From positions 6,017 to 70,016 of the forward strand of contig CAYYNT010000001.1 of NCBI GenBank assembly GCA_964473155.1: DNA of 64,000 bases. Reading direction: 5' to 3'. Position 1 is the stretch's first letter. Every line of letters starts with the position of its first letter. The notes under the pieces were generated by a model. That model saw nothing but the letters and a program-made list of their open reading frames with translations, had not been told where the DNA came from and searched no databases. This document shows, piece by piece, positions 28,343-39,783 of this stretch. This DNA is from an uncultured Gemmatimonadales bacterium. Its GTDB lineage: Bacteria > Gemmatimonadota > Glassbacteria > GWA2-58-10. Both the position numbers and the translations under genes were made by a program.

Positions 28343-29320
28343 TTACCTCACTATACTTTGTTGGCGTAGTTCGTGGATTGATTCCTCGAAACCATCGTCA
28401 ACCTCGCCGGGCCAAGAATTAAAGAGCGACTCTATATTAGACAATGGTGTCACTCCTTGAGCAAAAGCTAACTCATCCATGCTCAAAGAGGTCCAAAAAT
28501 TAGATGGCAAAGGTTTCCCCGAAGGAAGCAAATCGACGGCGACTTCATTCTTATCATCTAACTTCTTAATGTCTCTTATTTTAATGCTGGTGATTCTGCC
28601 TGATAAAGGATCTTCTATAGCTTCTCCAATGATTCTTACAAACTTAGTTATATCATCCAGAACCTCCTCCTTCTGCTCTTCATCAAAAAGACAAATAACT
28701 GGTTCGCCTACAGAAGGATGTATTCTACATCTCGTGCCGTGTTCTTTGAAATCGGCCATCAGTAACCGCCCTTCTATTGTGCGAGTATTAACCGATGGAC
28801 CTTTAATGCGGTTTTGAATATTTTGGTATCCTATACAATCGATCTTTGTAGAAATAGGAATATCTCGATGATTCAGTGTTATTTCAATTTGATTCACATC
28901 GTCCTCAAGCAATACTCCTAAGTCTCTCCAAGCCATTAAAACACCAGTATCAAATCCATGCGGCATACTGCTTCCAGAACCCTGAACTTCATTCAAGCCA
29001 TTTATTGAATACTCTATTGTAGACAATCCAATATCCAATTCTGGAAAATTGGGTTGACTCTGTTTCCTGTCAAAACCAAGAACTGTTGAAGGGCTTCCAT
29101 GTGTTAACTGGACCAATTCCAATGACAATTCTTCTTTAAGACGCTTCCCCTTGGAACCCTTACGTGTACTATCCGTTTCGCCTTGAAGAACTTGCCCACA
29201 TCTTAAAAAAGCCTTGTTAAGGCTCTCAAGCAATCTCAGTAGATGAGAAACACCAATTCTACCTGATCCAATTGCCTTTCCCTCAAGTTTTACGGAAATA
29301 AGCGGTTTAGAGGTATTCAT
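28343..29320 (-). CDS. Unknown 325-aa protein encoded immediately upstream of the PIN toxin gene (candidate atypical antitoxin/partner)
   Basis: AT-rich ORF with no recognisable catalytic or NTP-binding motif. The C-terminal tail WPGEVDDGFEESIHELRQ resembles the acidic/aromatic tails of some PIN-associated antitoxins (recalled from memory). Translationally coupled to the PIN gene. Confidence 0.45.
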   Translation of the reverse strand: MNTSKPLISVKLEGKAIGSGRIGVSHLLRLLESLNKAFLRCGQVLQGETDSTRKGSKGKRLKEELSLELVQLTHGSPSTVLGFDRKQSQPNFPELDIGLSTIEYSINGLNEVQGSGSSMPHGFDTGVLMAWRDLGVLLEDDVNQIEITLNHRDIPISTKIDCIGYQNIQNRIKGPSVNTRTIEGRLLMADFKEHGTRCRIHPSVGEPVICLFDEEQKEEVLDDITKFVRIIGEAIEDPLSGRITSIKIRDIKKLDDKNEVAVDLLPSGKPLPSNFWTSLSMDELAFAQGVTPLSNIESLFNSWPGEVDDGFEESIHELRQQSIVR

Positions 29321-29354
29321 AATTCACCTCCCTTCAAACAGGTTTCGACTGATG

Positions 29355-30167
29355 CTATTTACCCAGCTCGCGCGAGCGCTCGGCAGCGGCCAGCACCGCG
29401 CTGATTACGGCGTCCCTGAAACTTTTGGCCTCCAGCACGTGCAGCCCGGCCGCGGTTGTGCCGCCGGGCGTGGTGACTGCATCGCGCAACGCCGCCGGAT
29501 GTACATTCTCATCCGCCGCCAGCATGGCGGCCGCTCCATGAAGGGTCTGCACGGCCAGGCGTCGCGCCGCGGGATGCGGGATTCCGGCTTTCACTCCGCC
29601 CGCGATCAGGGCCTCGGCGAACATGAACACCCACGCCGGGCCGCTTCCGGACAGGCCTGTCACCGCATCCAGAAGGCTCTCCGGCAGCTCGACCGCCGCA
29701 CCCGCCGCGCCCAGGATTCTGCCAGCCGCAGCCATATGCTCCGGCCGGGCGAAACGCCCCCCGGCATACGCTGTAGCCGACTGTCCGAGCGTGGCCGCTA
29801 TATTGGGCATCGCGCGCACCACCGGTGTGCGGTCAGGGACCTCCGCCTCGATACGGGCCAGGGTCACCCCGGCCGCAATCGAGATCACAAGCTTACCCGG
29901 CCCGAGCGAGTCTTTCATCTGCCCGAGCACCCCGGACACCAGGTGCGGCTTGACGCAGACCAGTATCACCCCGCAGCGAGCGGACAGTTCAGAGAGTTCG
30001 GCCGGCTTCACGCCGAGACGGCTTTCCAGGCTGGCCAGACGGGCCTTGTCCGTTTCCGCCACCCAGGCCGCGGACGGAGTAAACAATCCAGCCTTCAGCA
30101 CTCCCTCAAGAAGCGCGCCGCCCATCTTGCCCGCACCGGCAAAGCCGATACCGGTGATGTTATCCAT
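29355..30167 (-). CDS. proC: Pyrroline-5-carboxylate reductase
   Basis: 270 aa. N-terminal IGFAGAGKMGGAL Rossmann motif, and the ProC C-terminal dimerisation region. Confidence 0.88.
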   Translation of the reverse strand: MDNITGIGFAGAGKMGGALLEGVLKAGLFTPSAAWVAETDKARLASLESRLGVKPAELSELSARCGVILVCVKPHLVSGVLGQMKDSLGPGKLVISIAAGVTLARIEAEVPDRTPVVRAMPNIAATLGQSATAYAGGRFARPEHMAAAGRILGAAGAAVELPESLLDAVTGLSGSGPAWVFMFAEALIAGGVKAGIPHPAARRLAVQTLHGAAAMLAADENVHPAALRDAVTTPGGTTAAGLHVLEAKSFRDAVISAVLAAAERSRELGK

Positions 30168-30269
30168 TCAATACCTCCGGCTTGATTTCAGGAGATAAAA
30201 TAACATTCCTCCATACCCCGCGGCAAGCTTCCCAGATTTCCAGGACTCAGTCAGGAGTACGGTGAGGAG

Positions 30270-31238
30270 TCAGTCACCTTCCATGATAGCCCGCAAGGCG
30301 GCCCAGGTTATATTCTGTCCGGTCTGAACCAGGACTACGTTCTTTCCGGCGAGACTGGCCTTTATCTTGAGCGCCGCGGCCAGCGGAACAGCTCCGGCCG
30401 GTTCCACGAGATTGTGGGTCGCGGGAATCCACTCCCGCACCGCGGCTTTTATTTCCGCCTCGCTCACCGTGACCATCTCATCCACCCTTCGGCGCATGAT
30501 CTCAAGGGTCATATCGGCGGGAATGCGTGTGGCGAGTCCATCAGCTATGGTATCCGCGCTGTCCGTGGTGACAGTTCCACCGCTGCGCCAGCTTTCGGCC
30601 ACGGCGGCGGCGTTGGCCGCCTGCACTCCCACCAGGCGGGTCTTCCGTCCCAGGCCCTCACTGGCGACGCACACTCCTGACAGTCCGCTGCCCAGGCCTA
30701 TCGGGACTATTATAACATCCGCATCCGGAAGGTCCTCATATATTTCGAGCGCATAAGTCCCCACGCCAGCGATCAGTTTTGGCTCATTGGCCGAGTGCAC
30801 GTAACGGTAACCGTACAGCGAGGTCAACTCCTCGGTTTTTCCGCGCGCTTCATCGAAGTCCCGCCCATGCTCGACCAGCTCAGCTCCAAGAAGACGCATG
30901 GCCCCGTTCTTGTCCGGATTGTTGCCGTGCGGGACAACAATCACCACCCGCACTCCGAACAACCGTCCGGCATACGCCAGCGACTGGCCGTGGTTGCCGC
31001 GGGTCACCCCGATGATGCCGCGCCTTTTCTGATCCTCCGGAAGCGTCGCCACCAGGTTGACCCCGCCGCGCACCTTGAAAGCGCCCACCAGATGGTGGTT
31101 CTCGTGCTTCACATAAATACGCGTCCCGAGTATGCGCTCCAGTGCCGGGTGCGCGAACAGCGGCGTACGGCTGACATACGGTTTAATCACCTCGCGGGCA
31201 GCGAGGATATCCTTTAATGTCACATCCTGCACAGGCAT
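30270..31238 (-). CDS. Threonine ammonia-lyase / threonine dehydratase (PLP fold type II, no ACT domain)
   Basis: 322 aa. Motifs HENHHLVGAFKVRGG (PLP lysine) and the Gly-rich loop GLGSGLSG. Confidence 0.8.
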   Translation of the reverse strand: MPVQDVTLKDILAAREVIKPYVSRTPLFAHPALERILGTRIYVKHENHHLVGAFKVRGGVNLVATLPEDQKRRGIIGVTRGNHGQSLAYAGRLFGVRVVIVVPHGNNPDKNGAMRLLGAELVEHGRDFDEARGKTEELTSLYGYRYVHSANEPKLIAGVGTYALEIYEDLPDADVIIVPIGLGSGLSGVCVASEGLGRKTRLVGVQAANAAAVAESWRSGGTVTTDSADTIADGLATRIPADMTLEIMRRRVDEMVTVSEAEIKAAVREWIPATHNLVEPAGAVPLAAALKIKASLAGKNVVLVQTGQNITWAALRAIMEGD

Positions 31239-31337
31239 CGGCTTCCGTTCTCAACAGGATTGGTGTTGACCGGAGACTGAGACTCCCCATAATTACGGCG
31301 CTGCGGCGCCGAATCACCCTGAAACGAGCTTTTTATC

Positions 31338-31382
31338 AAACAATAAAAGCGTGTAGGGGCGGATTGAAAACCCGCCCCTACA
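31338..31382 (-). terminator. Rho-independent terminator after the class-V aminotransferase gene
   Basis: On the minus strand, GTAGGGGCGGgttttcaatCCGCCCCTAC is followed by ACGCTTTTATTGTTTG. Confidence 0.7.
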
Positions 31383-31452
31383 AATTAAACATGATTTCAT
31401 ATTATTTAGCGCATCCGGACGCCTAAAGCAAGGAAAAGCCGCCGGTCCGGAC

Positions 31453-32544
31453 TCAGAGCCCCAGAATCTCGTCGATTGCGCCCAGAACTTCCTCGATGTC
31501 CAGCATGGTAAGCTGCCCCATGTGGGCGATGCGGAAAGTCTTGTCTTTCAGGTCGCCGTAACCGTTGGAAATGACCAGATTACGCTCGGCCAGCTTTTTG
31601 TTCAGGTCCGAGATGCTGATATTGCGCGTATTGTCGATACAGGTCAGCGTATTCGACCAGTAGCCTTTCTCGGTGAAGACGCGGAAATGCTTTTCCGCCC
31701 AGGCGCGCACCTTCTCGGCCATCTGGATATGACGCTGCCAGCGGTTCTCCAGGCCCTCGGCCATGATTATCTCCATCTGCTTGCGCAGGGCGAACAGATG
31801 CGGGATCGAGGGGGTGATATGCGTCTGGTTCTTGACCAGGTTCTTCTCCACGGCGATGAAGTCGAAATAGAAGCCGCGGTTCTCGACAGTGCGCGCTTTC
31901 TCCAGCGCGCGCGGGCTGATCGCCGCCACCGAGAAACCAGCAGGCAGGGCAAACGCCTTCTGGCTGCTGGCGAAGGCAACATCCACTCCCAGACGGTCGA
32001 TTTCCAGCTTAACACCGCCCATGGAGCTGACCATGTCCACGAGGATGCTTATCTCCGGGTATTTCGCCTTCATCATGTCGGCGATGCCGTAAATGTCGCT
32101 CATCGCGGCAGTGGCGGTCTCGTTATGCACGATGGTGATTGCGTCCACACCCTTGTTCTGGCTCAGGGCCTTGTCGACCATGTCGGCGTTGAAACCGCGC
32201 CCCGGCTCTATCTCCACCGCGACCGCCTTCTTGCCATTGGCCTGGGCGATCTGGCAGAAACGCTTGCTGAACGCACCGTTGACAAACGAAACGCAGCTTT
32301 CCCGGACGCAGTTGCGCACTGACGCTTCCATCAATCCCGTGCCGCTGGAAGTGGACAGGAAGATCATGTTCTTCGTGTAAAGCATCTTCTGAACCATCGG
32401 GATGATCGAACTTATAAGTTCCGCGCACTCCGGGAAACGATGTCCGATCTGAGGACGCGCCAGTTCCTGCAGCACTTCGGGCAATACTTCAGTGGGGCCT
32501 GGGATGAAAAGCTTGCGGTGCGTAGTCATGTCCTGGGTCTCCAT
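31453..32544 (-). CDS. Class V aminotransferase (serine-pyruvate / alanine-glyoxylate aminotransferase-like)
   Basis: 363 aa. N-terminal LFIPGPTEV signature of the AGXT/SGAT family. A PLP Lys region is present. Confidence 0.75.
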   Translation of the reverse strand: METQDMTTHRKLFIPGPTEVLPEVLQELARPQIGHRFPECAELISSIIPMVQKMLYTKNMIFLSTSSGTGLMEASVRNCVRESCVSFVNGAFSKRFCQIAQANGKKAVAVEIEPGRGFNADMVDKALSQNKGVDAITIVHNETATAAMSDIYGIADMMKAKYPEISILVDMVSSMGGVKLEIDRLGVDVAFASSQKAFALPAGFSVAAISPRALEKARTVENRGFYFDFIAVEKNLVKNQTHITPSIPHLFALRKQMEIIMAEGLENRWQRHIQMAEKVRAWAEKHFRVFTEKGYWSNTLTCIDNTRNISISDLNKKLAERNLVISNGYGDLKDKTFRIAHMGQLTMLDIEEVLGAIDEILGL

Positions 32545-32602
32545 TAAGCAGGTTATACATAGCGGCGCGGGAACCGGGTGTTGTCCCTGCGCCGGGACTG
32601 CC

Positions 32603-33841
32603 TCAAGTATGGTATTCGGCGTTGATCTTTACGTAATCATAGGAAAAATCGCAGGTCCAGAAACGGCAGCTCTCGCTGCCCTGGCCCAAGTTCAGTTCGA
32701 TCACTATCTCCCTGCTCCGCAATCCGGCGCGAAGAGCCTCAAGGTCAGCCGCCACAGGCGCTCCCCGGCTGAACACCCGGATTCCGGCAAGCGTGATATC
32801 GGTCCTTTCCGGCTCGACTGGGGCCCCGCTGTATCCGGCCGCGCAGATAATCCGCCCCCAGTTGGGGTCCGCGCCGAAAAGCGCTGTCTTCACCAGAGGA
32901 GAATTGGCCACGGACCGGGCCACGCGGTCGGCGTTCTCGAAACTGTCCGCCCCGCTCACCCTTATCTCCACCAGGTGCGTCGCCCCCTCGCCATCTGCGG
33001 CGATTTTCTTCGCCAGCGTCTCCGCGGCCAGATACAGCGCCTGCTTGAACTCTTCCCACGCCGGGCTGCCTGATTTCTCGATCCGTGGAGCGCCGCTCGC
33101 GCCGTTGGCCAGAACGAAAGCGCTGTCGTTCGGGCTGCGGTCCCCGTCCACACTGACCATGTTGAACGTGCGCGACACTACATCGCGCAGGGCTTCGCGT
33201 AAGGCCACAGGCGCAATGTCCGCATCCGTGGTGAAAAAAGCCAGCATGGTGGCCATATTCGGGTGGATCATCCCGGAGCCTTTGGCTGCCGCGCCGATTG
33301 TCACCGCCTTGCCGCCAAGCTCGAATTTTGCGGCAACCGTCTTTTCCACCAGGTCAGTGGTCATTATCGCCCGCTGGAAATCCCCGCTCTCTCCGTTGTT
33401 CAAGCGGACCGCCGCCTCTTTCAATCCCGTGTGTATCCGGTCCATCGGCAACTGATGACCGATCACGCCGGTCGACATGACCAGGGCGCTGCGCTTTCCC
33501 AGGCCCAGAAGGCTCTCGGCCGCCGCAGCCGTAGCGGCTGCATTTTCGAGGCCCTGCGCGCCGGTGCAGGCATTGGCGATACCGGCATTAACCACTATCG
33601 CCCTGACACCGGCAGGCCCGGATGACAAAATCTCGCGACAGTACATCACCGGCGCGGCCTTCACCCGGTTGGTAGTGAAAACCCCGGCTGCCGAGCAGGG
33701 ACGGTCGCTCAAAAGAACTCCCAGATCCGGTCCGCTGCCGGTCCTGACACCGCATTTAACACCCACCGCCCGGAAACCGGGTGTAGTATCCACCGATCCT
33801 TCGAAAATTTGCGCCATCTTTTCGCGGTATTCCCTGAACAT
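32603..33841 (-). CDS. argJ: Bifunctional glutamate N-acetyltransferase / ornithine acetyltransferase
   Basis: Internal ATG checked at 33841 (MFREYREKMAQIF...). Motifs AVGVKCG, ATMLAFFTTDA and autoproteolytic Thr context. Confidence 0.85.
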   Translation of the reverse strand: MFREYREKMAQIFEGSVDTTPGFRAVGVKCGVRTGSGPDLGVLLSDRPCSAAGVFTTNRVKAAPVMYCREILSSGPAGVRAIVVNAGIANACTGAQGLENAAATAAAAESLLGLGKRSALVMSTGVIGHQLPMDRIHTGLKEAAVRLNNGESGDFQRAIMTTDLVEKTVAAKFELGGKAVTIGAAAKGSGMIHPNMATMLAFFTTDADIAPVALREALRDVVSRTFNMVSVDGDRSPNDSAFVLANGASGAPRIEKSGSPAWEEFKQALYLAAETLAKKIAADGEGATHLVEIRVSGADSFENADRVARSVANSPLVKTALFGADPNWGRIICAAGYSGAPVEPERTDITLAGIRVFSRGAPVAADLEALRAGLRSREIVIELNLGQGSESCRFWTCDFSYDYVKINAEYHT

Positions 33842-33881
33842 GATTGATAGTGGTTGTGAAAAAAATAACGTTGTGTACAAT

Positions 33882-35090
33882 CTAACAACTTTTTCTCTTT
33901 TCTTCCAGTATTTCCGCAAAAACTTTCACGAAAGAATCAATCTGCCGTTTGCTGATCACGAGCGGAGGCACGATCCGGATCACCTTGTCGCCCGCCACGC
34001 AGACAAGTACGCCGCGCGCAAAAAATTTCGGCAGCAACTCGGCTGACTTGACTGTCAGCTCCACGCCGGCCATAAGGCCAATGCCGCGCACGCTGGTGAT
34101 CAGATCCGGGAAGCTGTTTTTCAGGTTCTCGAGACGCCACATCAGGTGACGGCCCTTCTCAGCCACGGCCTCCAGGAACGCAGGTTTTCGAATGCGTCCG
34201 ACCACCTCCACCGCGGCGGCGCTGACCACCAGTCCGCCGCCGAAAGTGGTGGCATGGTCCCCCTTTTCGATACAGGAAGCGACCCGCTCGCTGGCCAGCA
34301 CCGCCCCCATCGGCAGGCCGCCGGCCAGGGGCTTGGCCAGGGTCATGATATCCGGAGTGACCCCGAAATGCTCGTGGGCGAAAAGCTTGCCTGTCCGGCC
34401 AAGCCCGCACTGCACCTCGTCGAAAATCAGCAGCACGTCACGACGGCGGCAGATATTCGCCAGCTCACGCAGGAACTGGACATCCGCCGGGTTCACTCCA
34501 CCCTCGCCCTGCACCGGCTCGACAATCACCGCGCAGGTGTCCATGGCGATCTTGCTCTCTGCATCCGCGGCGTCTCCGAATATGGCAAAACGCGCACCCG
34601 GGACAAGCGGTTCGAACGGCATACGGTACTTTTCACGGTCGGTCAGGGCCAGCGCCCCGAAAGTGCGCCCATGGAAAGAGCCGCGGAAAGCCACGAACCC
34701 GGCCCGCTCGCGCCCGAAATTCTTCAGCGCCCATTTCCGGGCCAGTTTCATCGCCCCCTCGACCGCCTCGGCCCCGCTGTTGCAGAAAAACACTTTATCC
34801 GCGAACGAGCTTTCCACCAGCATACGGGCCAGTTTCACGCTCGGCTCGGTGTAGTAAAGGTTCGAGCAGTGGACCATCCGGCTGGCCTGCTCGGCGATCA
34901 CGCGGGCCAGGCGTGAATCTCCATAGCCCAGCGCGTTGACCGCGATGCCGCTGACCATGTCCAGGTAGCGCTTGCCTTCCTTGTCGTAAAGGTAGCAGCC
35001 CTTGCCGTGATCGAGCACGAAACCCGGACGGCTGTAGGTGCCCAGAATGAACCGGGCTTCGTCCCGAATGATTTTTTCGCTGTCGTTCAC
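33882..35090 (-). CDS. argD: Acetylornithine aminotransferase (class III)
   Basis: 402 aa. GTG start preceded by GAGGAGG. Motifs DEVQCGLGRTGKLFA and TLAKPLAGG (PLP Lys). Confidence 0.88.
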   Translation of the reverse strand: MNDSEKIIRDEARFILGTYSRPGFVLDHGKGCYLYDKEGKRYLDMVSGIAVNALGYGDSRLARVIAEQASRMVHCSNLYYTEPSVKLARMLVESSFADKVFFCNSGAEAVEGAMKLARKWALKNFGRERAGFVAFRGSFHGRTFGALALTDREKYRMPFEPLVPGARFAIFGDAADAESKIAMDTCAVIVEPVQGEGGVNPADVQFLRELANICRRRDVLLIFDEVQCGLGRTGKLFAHEHFGVTPDIMTLAKPLAGGLPMGAVLASERVASCIEKGDHATTFGGGLVVSAAAVEVVGRIRKPAFLEAVAEKGRHLMWRLENLKNSFPDLITSVRGIGLMAGVELTVKSAELLPKFFARGVLVCVAGDKVIRIVPPLVISKRQIDSFVKVFAEILEEKRKSC

Positions 35091-35145
35091 CGCAGATTAT
35101 CCTCCTCAGTTGCAGCCTGCCGCCGCAGGCATATCGCGGGCTTTG

Positions 35146-36057
35146 TCAGCCTAACACTTTCGTCCCTTCAGAGGTCCGCAACCCCTTGAACGCCTCAATC
35201 AGGCGGGCGGTGACCGGTCCCGGCCGGCCATCGCCGATCGCTCGCCCGTCAAGGGAGATCACCGGAACAAGCTCCGCCCCGGTTCCTGTCAGGAAACATT
35301 CATCCGCGGTGTAGATGTCGTGACGGGTCATGGGGACCTCGTTGACAGTCAAGCCGAGCTTGCGGCCGAGCTCTATGGTCACTCCCCGGGTGACGCCCAT
35401 GAGGAGCGAAAACTCGGGACCGGGGGTGTAAATTTCACCCTTCTTGACCGTGAAAATGTTATCTGCGCTGCACTCGCACACATAGCCGTTGCTGTCCAGC
35501 ATCAGCGCCTCGATGCAACCGGCCAGGTTGGCCTCCATCTTGGCCAGGATGCTGTTCAGGTAATTGAGGCTCTTCACCTTTGAGCTGAGCATGTCCGGGT
35601 TGATCCGCCGGGTGGCAGCGGTGATGACCGTGATGCCTTCCTCGTAAAGCTTGGGCGGATAGAGCTGAATCTTGTCCACGATAACGATGAGCGAACTCTT
35701 GCTGCATTTTCGCGGATCGAGCCCCAGGTCACCCATGCCGCGCGTGACCACCAGACGGATGTAAGCATCGTGCAGGCCGTTCTCGCGCACCGTGTCGATA
35801 ACCGCCTTTTCCACGCCCGCGCGGTCCAGCGGAAGCTCCAGGCCGATAGAACGGGCGCTCTCGCAGAAACGGTCCATGTGTTCTTTAAACCTGAATATCC
35901 GGCCCGAATAAACTCTTATTCCCTCGAAAACTCCGTCCCCGTACAGCAGCCCATGGTCATAAACACTGACTTTGGCCTCGCTTTTCGGGTACAGGGCGCC
36001 GTCGATGTAAACTTTTGGCTCCATATCACCTGGTCCTTGAGAGTTGTGCTGATTCAT
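35146..36057 (-). CDS. ilvE: Branched-chain amino acid aminotransferase (class IV)
   Basis: 303 aa as listed. Class IV core (YGDGVFEGIRVY...). The first 11 codons overlap repeat copy C, so the true start may be the internal MEPKVYIDG. Confidence 0.85.
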   Translation of the reverse strand: MNQHNSQGPGDMEPKVYIDGALYPKSEAKVSVYDHGLLYGDGVFEGIRVYSGRIFRFKEHMDRFCESARSIGLELPLDRAGVEKAVIDTVRENGLHDAYIRLVVTRGMGDLGLDPRKCSKSSLIVIVDKIQLYPPKLYEEGITVITAATRRINPDMLSSKVKSLNYLNSILAKMEANLAGCIEALMLDSNGYVCECSADNIFTVKKGEIYTPGPEFSLLMGVTRGVTIELGRKLGLTVNEVPMTRHDIYTADECFLTGTGAELVPVISLDGRAIGDGRPGPVTARLIEAFKGLRTSEGTKVLG

Positions 36058-36058
36058 T

Positions 36059-36110
36059 GGATCAAATCCCCCCCCGATCCCCCCTTGCGAAAGGGGGAAA
36101 AACAGCCGCC
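36059..36110 (-). repeat. G-run/C-run hairpin repeat element, copy C (inverted orientation)
   Basis: Reverse complement reads CCCCCTTtcgcaaGGGGGGAtcGGGGGGGGGATTTGATCCAatgAATCAgCAC. Directly abuts or overlaps the annotated ilvE start. Confidence 0.65.
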
Positions 36111-36153
36111 ACTGCTGTCCACCAGTAAGCGCCTGGCAATGGCGATTTTAAAT

Positions 36154-36195
36154 TCCCCCATGGAAAGGGGGGAAACAGGGGGTTGTGTCTTTACA
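36154..36195 (+). repeat. Degenerate G-run/C-run hairpin repeat, copy D
   Basis: TCCCCCATGGAAAGGGGGGAAACAGGGGGTTGTG. Opposite orientation to copy C, 45 nt away; together they could form a composite long inverted repeat. Confidence 0.5.
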
Positions 36196-36297
36196 CCGTT
36201 TTTCAACACGCATTAAGAATAAACCTGAAAAAAACAATTCCACCCGCCGAGATACGGCGCGAGGCGCGCATTCCAGCTTATGCGGCAGCGGCCGCGG

Positions 36298-37887
<1,590 letters not shown>

Positions 37888-37897
37888 ACACTGCTCC

Positions 37898-38902
37898 CTA
37901 TTTCTTCTTCAGCCAGCTCATCATCCCGCGCAACTGAGCGCCGACTTTCTCGATGAGGTGCTCGCAGTCCTGACGCTTGCGGGCGTTGAAGTAAGGACGG
38001 CCGACCTTGTTTTCCAGCAGCCAGTTGCGGGCAAAAGAGCCGTCCTGGATCTCGCCAAGCACTTTTTTCATTTCCTGACGGGTCTGCTCGGTAATGATCC
38101 GTTTGCCGACAGTCAGGTCTCCGTACTCGGCCGTGTCCGAGATGGAGTCCCGCATGTTGGCTATGCCTCCCTCATAGATCAGGTCGACAATGAGCTTGAC
38201 TTCGTGCAGGCACTCGAAATAGGCGATCTGAGGCTGATAACCGGCCGCGACCAGAGTGTCGAACCCGGCGCGGATCAATTCGGTCAAGCCGCCGCAGAGC
38301 ACCACCTGCTCACCGAACAGATCCGTTTCCGTCTCCTCGGCGAAAGTGGTTTCGAGAATGCCCGCGCGCCCGGCCCCGATGCCCACGGCGTGAGCCAGGG
38401 CCATGTCATGCGCCTTCCCGCTGGCGTCCTGATGCACGGCGATCAGGGCCGGAACTCCGCCGCCCTGCTCGTAGACCCGGCGAACCAGGTGCCCCGGACC
38501 CTTCGGCGCGACCATATACACATCCACCTCGGCCGGCGGAACGATCTGCCCGAAGTGGATATTGAACCCGTGGCTGAACACCAGGGCCTTGCCTTTTTTC
38601 ATGTGCTGGGCGATATCGGAGCGGTAAACGTCCGCCTGGATCTGGTCCGGCAGCAGTATCTGGATCACGTCAGCCTGCTTGGCCGCCTCGGCCGCGGACA
38701 CCGGCTTGAACCCGTCCGCCACGGCACGCTTGTAATTGGCCGTGCCTTCGAGTTCGCTCACGATGACCTTGAAACCGCTGTCACGAAGGTTCTGAGCCTG
38801 GGCGTGCCCCTGGCTGCCGTATCCCACGATAGCGATCTTCTTGCTCTTGAGGACTGCGGGCTTGGAATCCTTGTCATAATAGATCTTCATCGTTTCCTCC
38901 AT
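37898..38902 (-). CDS. ilvC: Ketol-acid reductoisomerase
   Basis: 334 aa. Motif [21 protein letters not shown] and the C-terminal KARI knotted domain. Confidence 0.92.
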   Translation of the reverse strand: MEETMKIYYDKDSKPAVLKSKKIAIVGYGSQGHAQAQNLRDSGFKVIVSELEGTANYKRAVADGFKPVSAAEAAKQADVIQILLPDQIQADVYRSDIAQHMKKGKALVFSHGFNIHFGQIVPPAEVDVYMVAPKGPGHLVRRVYEQGGGVPALIAVHQDASGKAHDMALAHAVGIGAGRAGILETTFAEETETDLFGEQVVLCGGLTELIRAGFDTLVAAGYQPQIAYFECLHEVKLIVDLIYEGGIANMRDSISDTAEYGDLTVGKRIITEQTRQEMKKVLGEIQDGSFARNWLLENKVGRPYFNARKRQDCEHLIEKVGAQLRGMMSWLKKK

Positions 38903-39084
38903 CTTGCGGCCTGATTGTTGTACTACAGATAAGGTATTTCAAGGAAGAATGCTCAATTCAAAAGAAATCTATAAGCATGTTATAAAAATGTTTTAAGAAC
39001 ACAACCCCCTGTTTCCCTCTTTTTTATGGGGGGCTTAAATTCTCTGCTGCCAGGCGCTTGCAGATGAATGGCAGTAGTGGGCTT

Positions 39085-39152
39085 TTCCTCCCCCCTTCTA
39101 AAGGGGGGATCGAGGGGGATTTAATCCAACAAATCAACACACCTCTATGTTT
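39085..39152 (+). repeat. G-run/C-run hairpin repeat element, copy B
   Basis: TTTCCTCCCCCCTTctaaaGGGGGGAtcGAGGGGGATTTAATCCAacAAATCAACACaCCT. Lies in the 346-nt ilvN-ilvC spacer. Confidence 0.7.
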
Positions 39153-39248
39153 TCAAAAGTTCGGTATCTCAGAACGTTTCAGAGAACAAGCCCCGCTGCG
39201 CAACCCGGAATATCAGACAAACTGTTTCTGTTTCTCCGTGCAGGCGGT

Positions 39249-39743
39249 TCATTCCGGACTCTTGCCCGCCCACTCGCGCTTGAGCGCAATTACTCCGGTG
39301 CGCGCCATCTCCTTGATCCCGAACGGCTGGAGCATGTTGGTCATGGCCTGCACTTTGTCCGTGCTGCCGGTGACCTCCACGGTCAGGGTCTTCTGCGAAA
39401 TGTCGACTATCTTTGCGCGGAAGACATCCACGATCTGAATGATCGAGGCTCGCGTAGTGGCCGTGCAACTGAGCTTGATCAACGCCAGCTCACGGTTGAC
39501 ATGGCTCTCCTCGGTCAGATCGGTCACTTTTATGACGTCGATGATGCGCCTGAGCTGCTTGATTATCTGCTCGATCACCATATCGTCGCCGCTGGTGACA
39601 ATTGTCATGCGGCTGAGTTCCGGGTTCTCGGTGGCCCCGACACAGATGGAGTCCATGTTGAATCCCTTGCCGCTGAACAGCCCGGCGATACGGGAATAAA
39701 CCCCGAACTTGTTTTCGACCAGAAGCGAAATTGTATGTTGCAT
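39249..39743 (-). CDS. ilvN: Acetolactate synthase small (regulatory) subunit
   Basis: 164 aa. ACT domain (ISLLVENKFGVYSRIAGLFSGKGFN). Confidence 0.9.
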   Translation of the reverse strand: MQHTISLLVENKFGVYSRIAGLFSGKGFNMDSICVGATENPELSRMTIVTSGDDMVIEQIIKQLRRIIDVIKVTDLTEESHVNRELALIKLSCTATTRASIIQIVDVFRAKIVDISQKTLTVEVTGSTDKVQAMTNMLQPFGIKEMARTGVIALKREWAGKSPE

Positions 39744-39783
39744 GGAAGTAACCCTCCCCTTTGTATGCGGTGTCGGCTGAATG

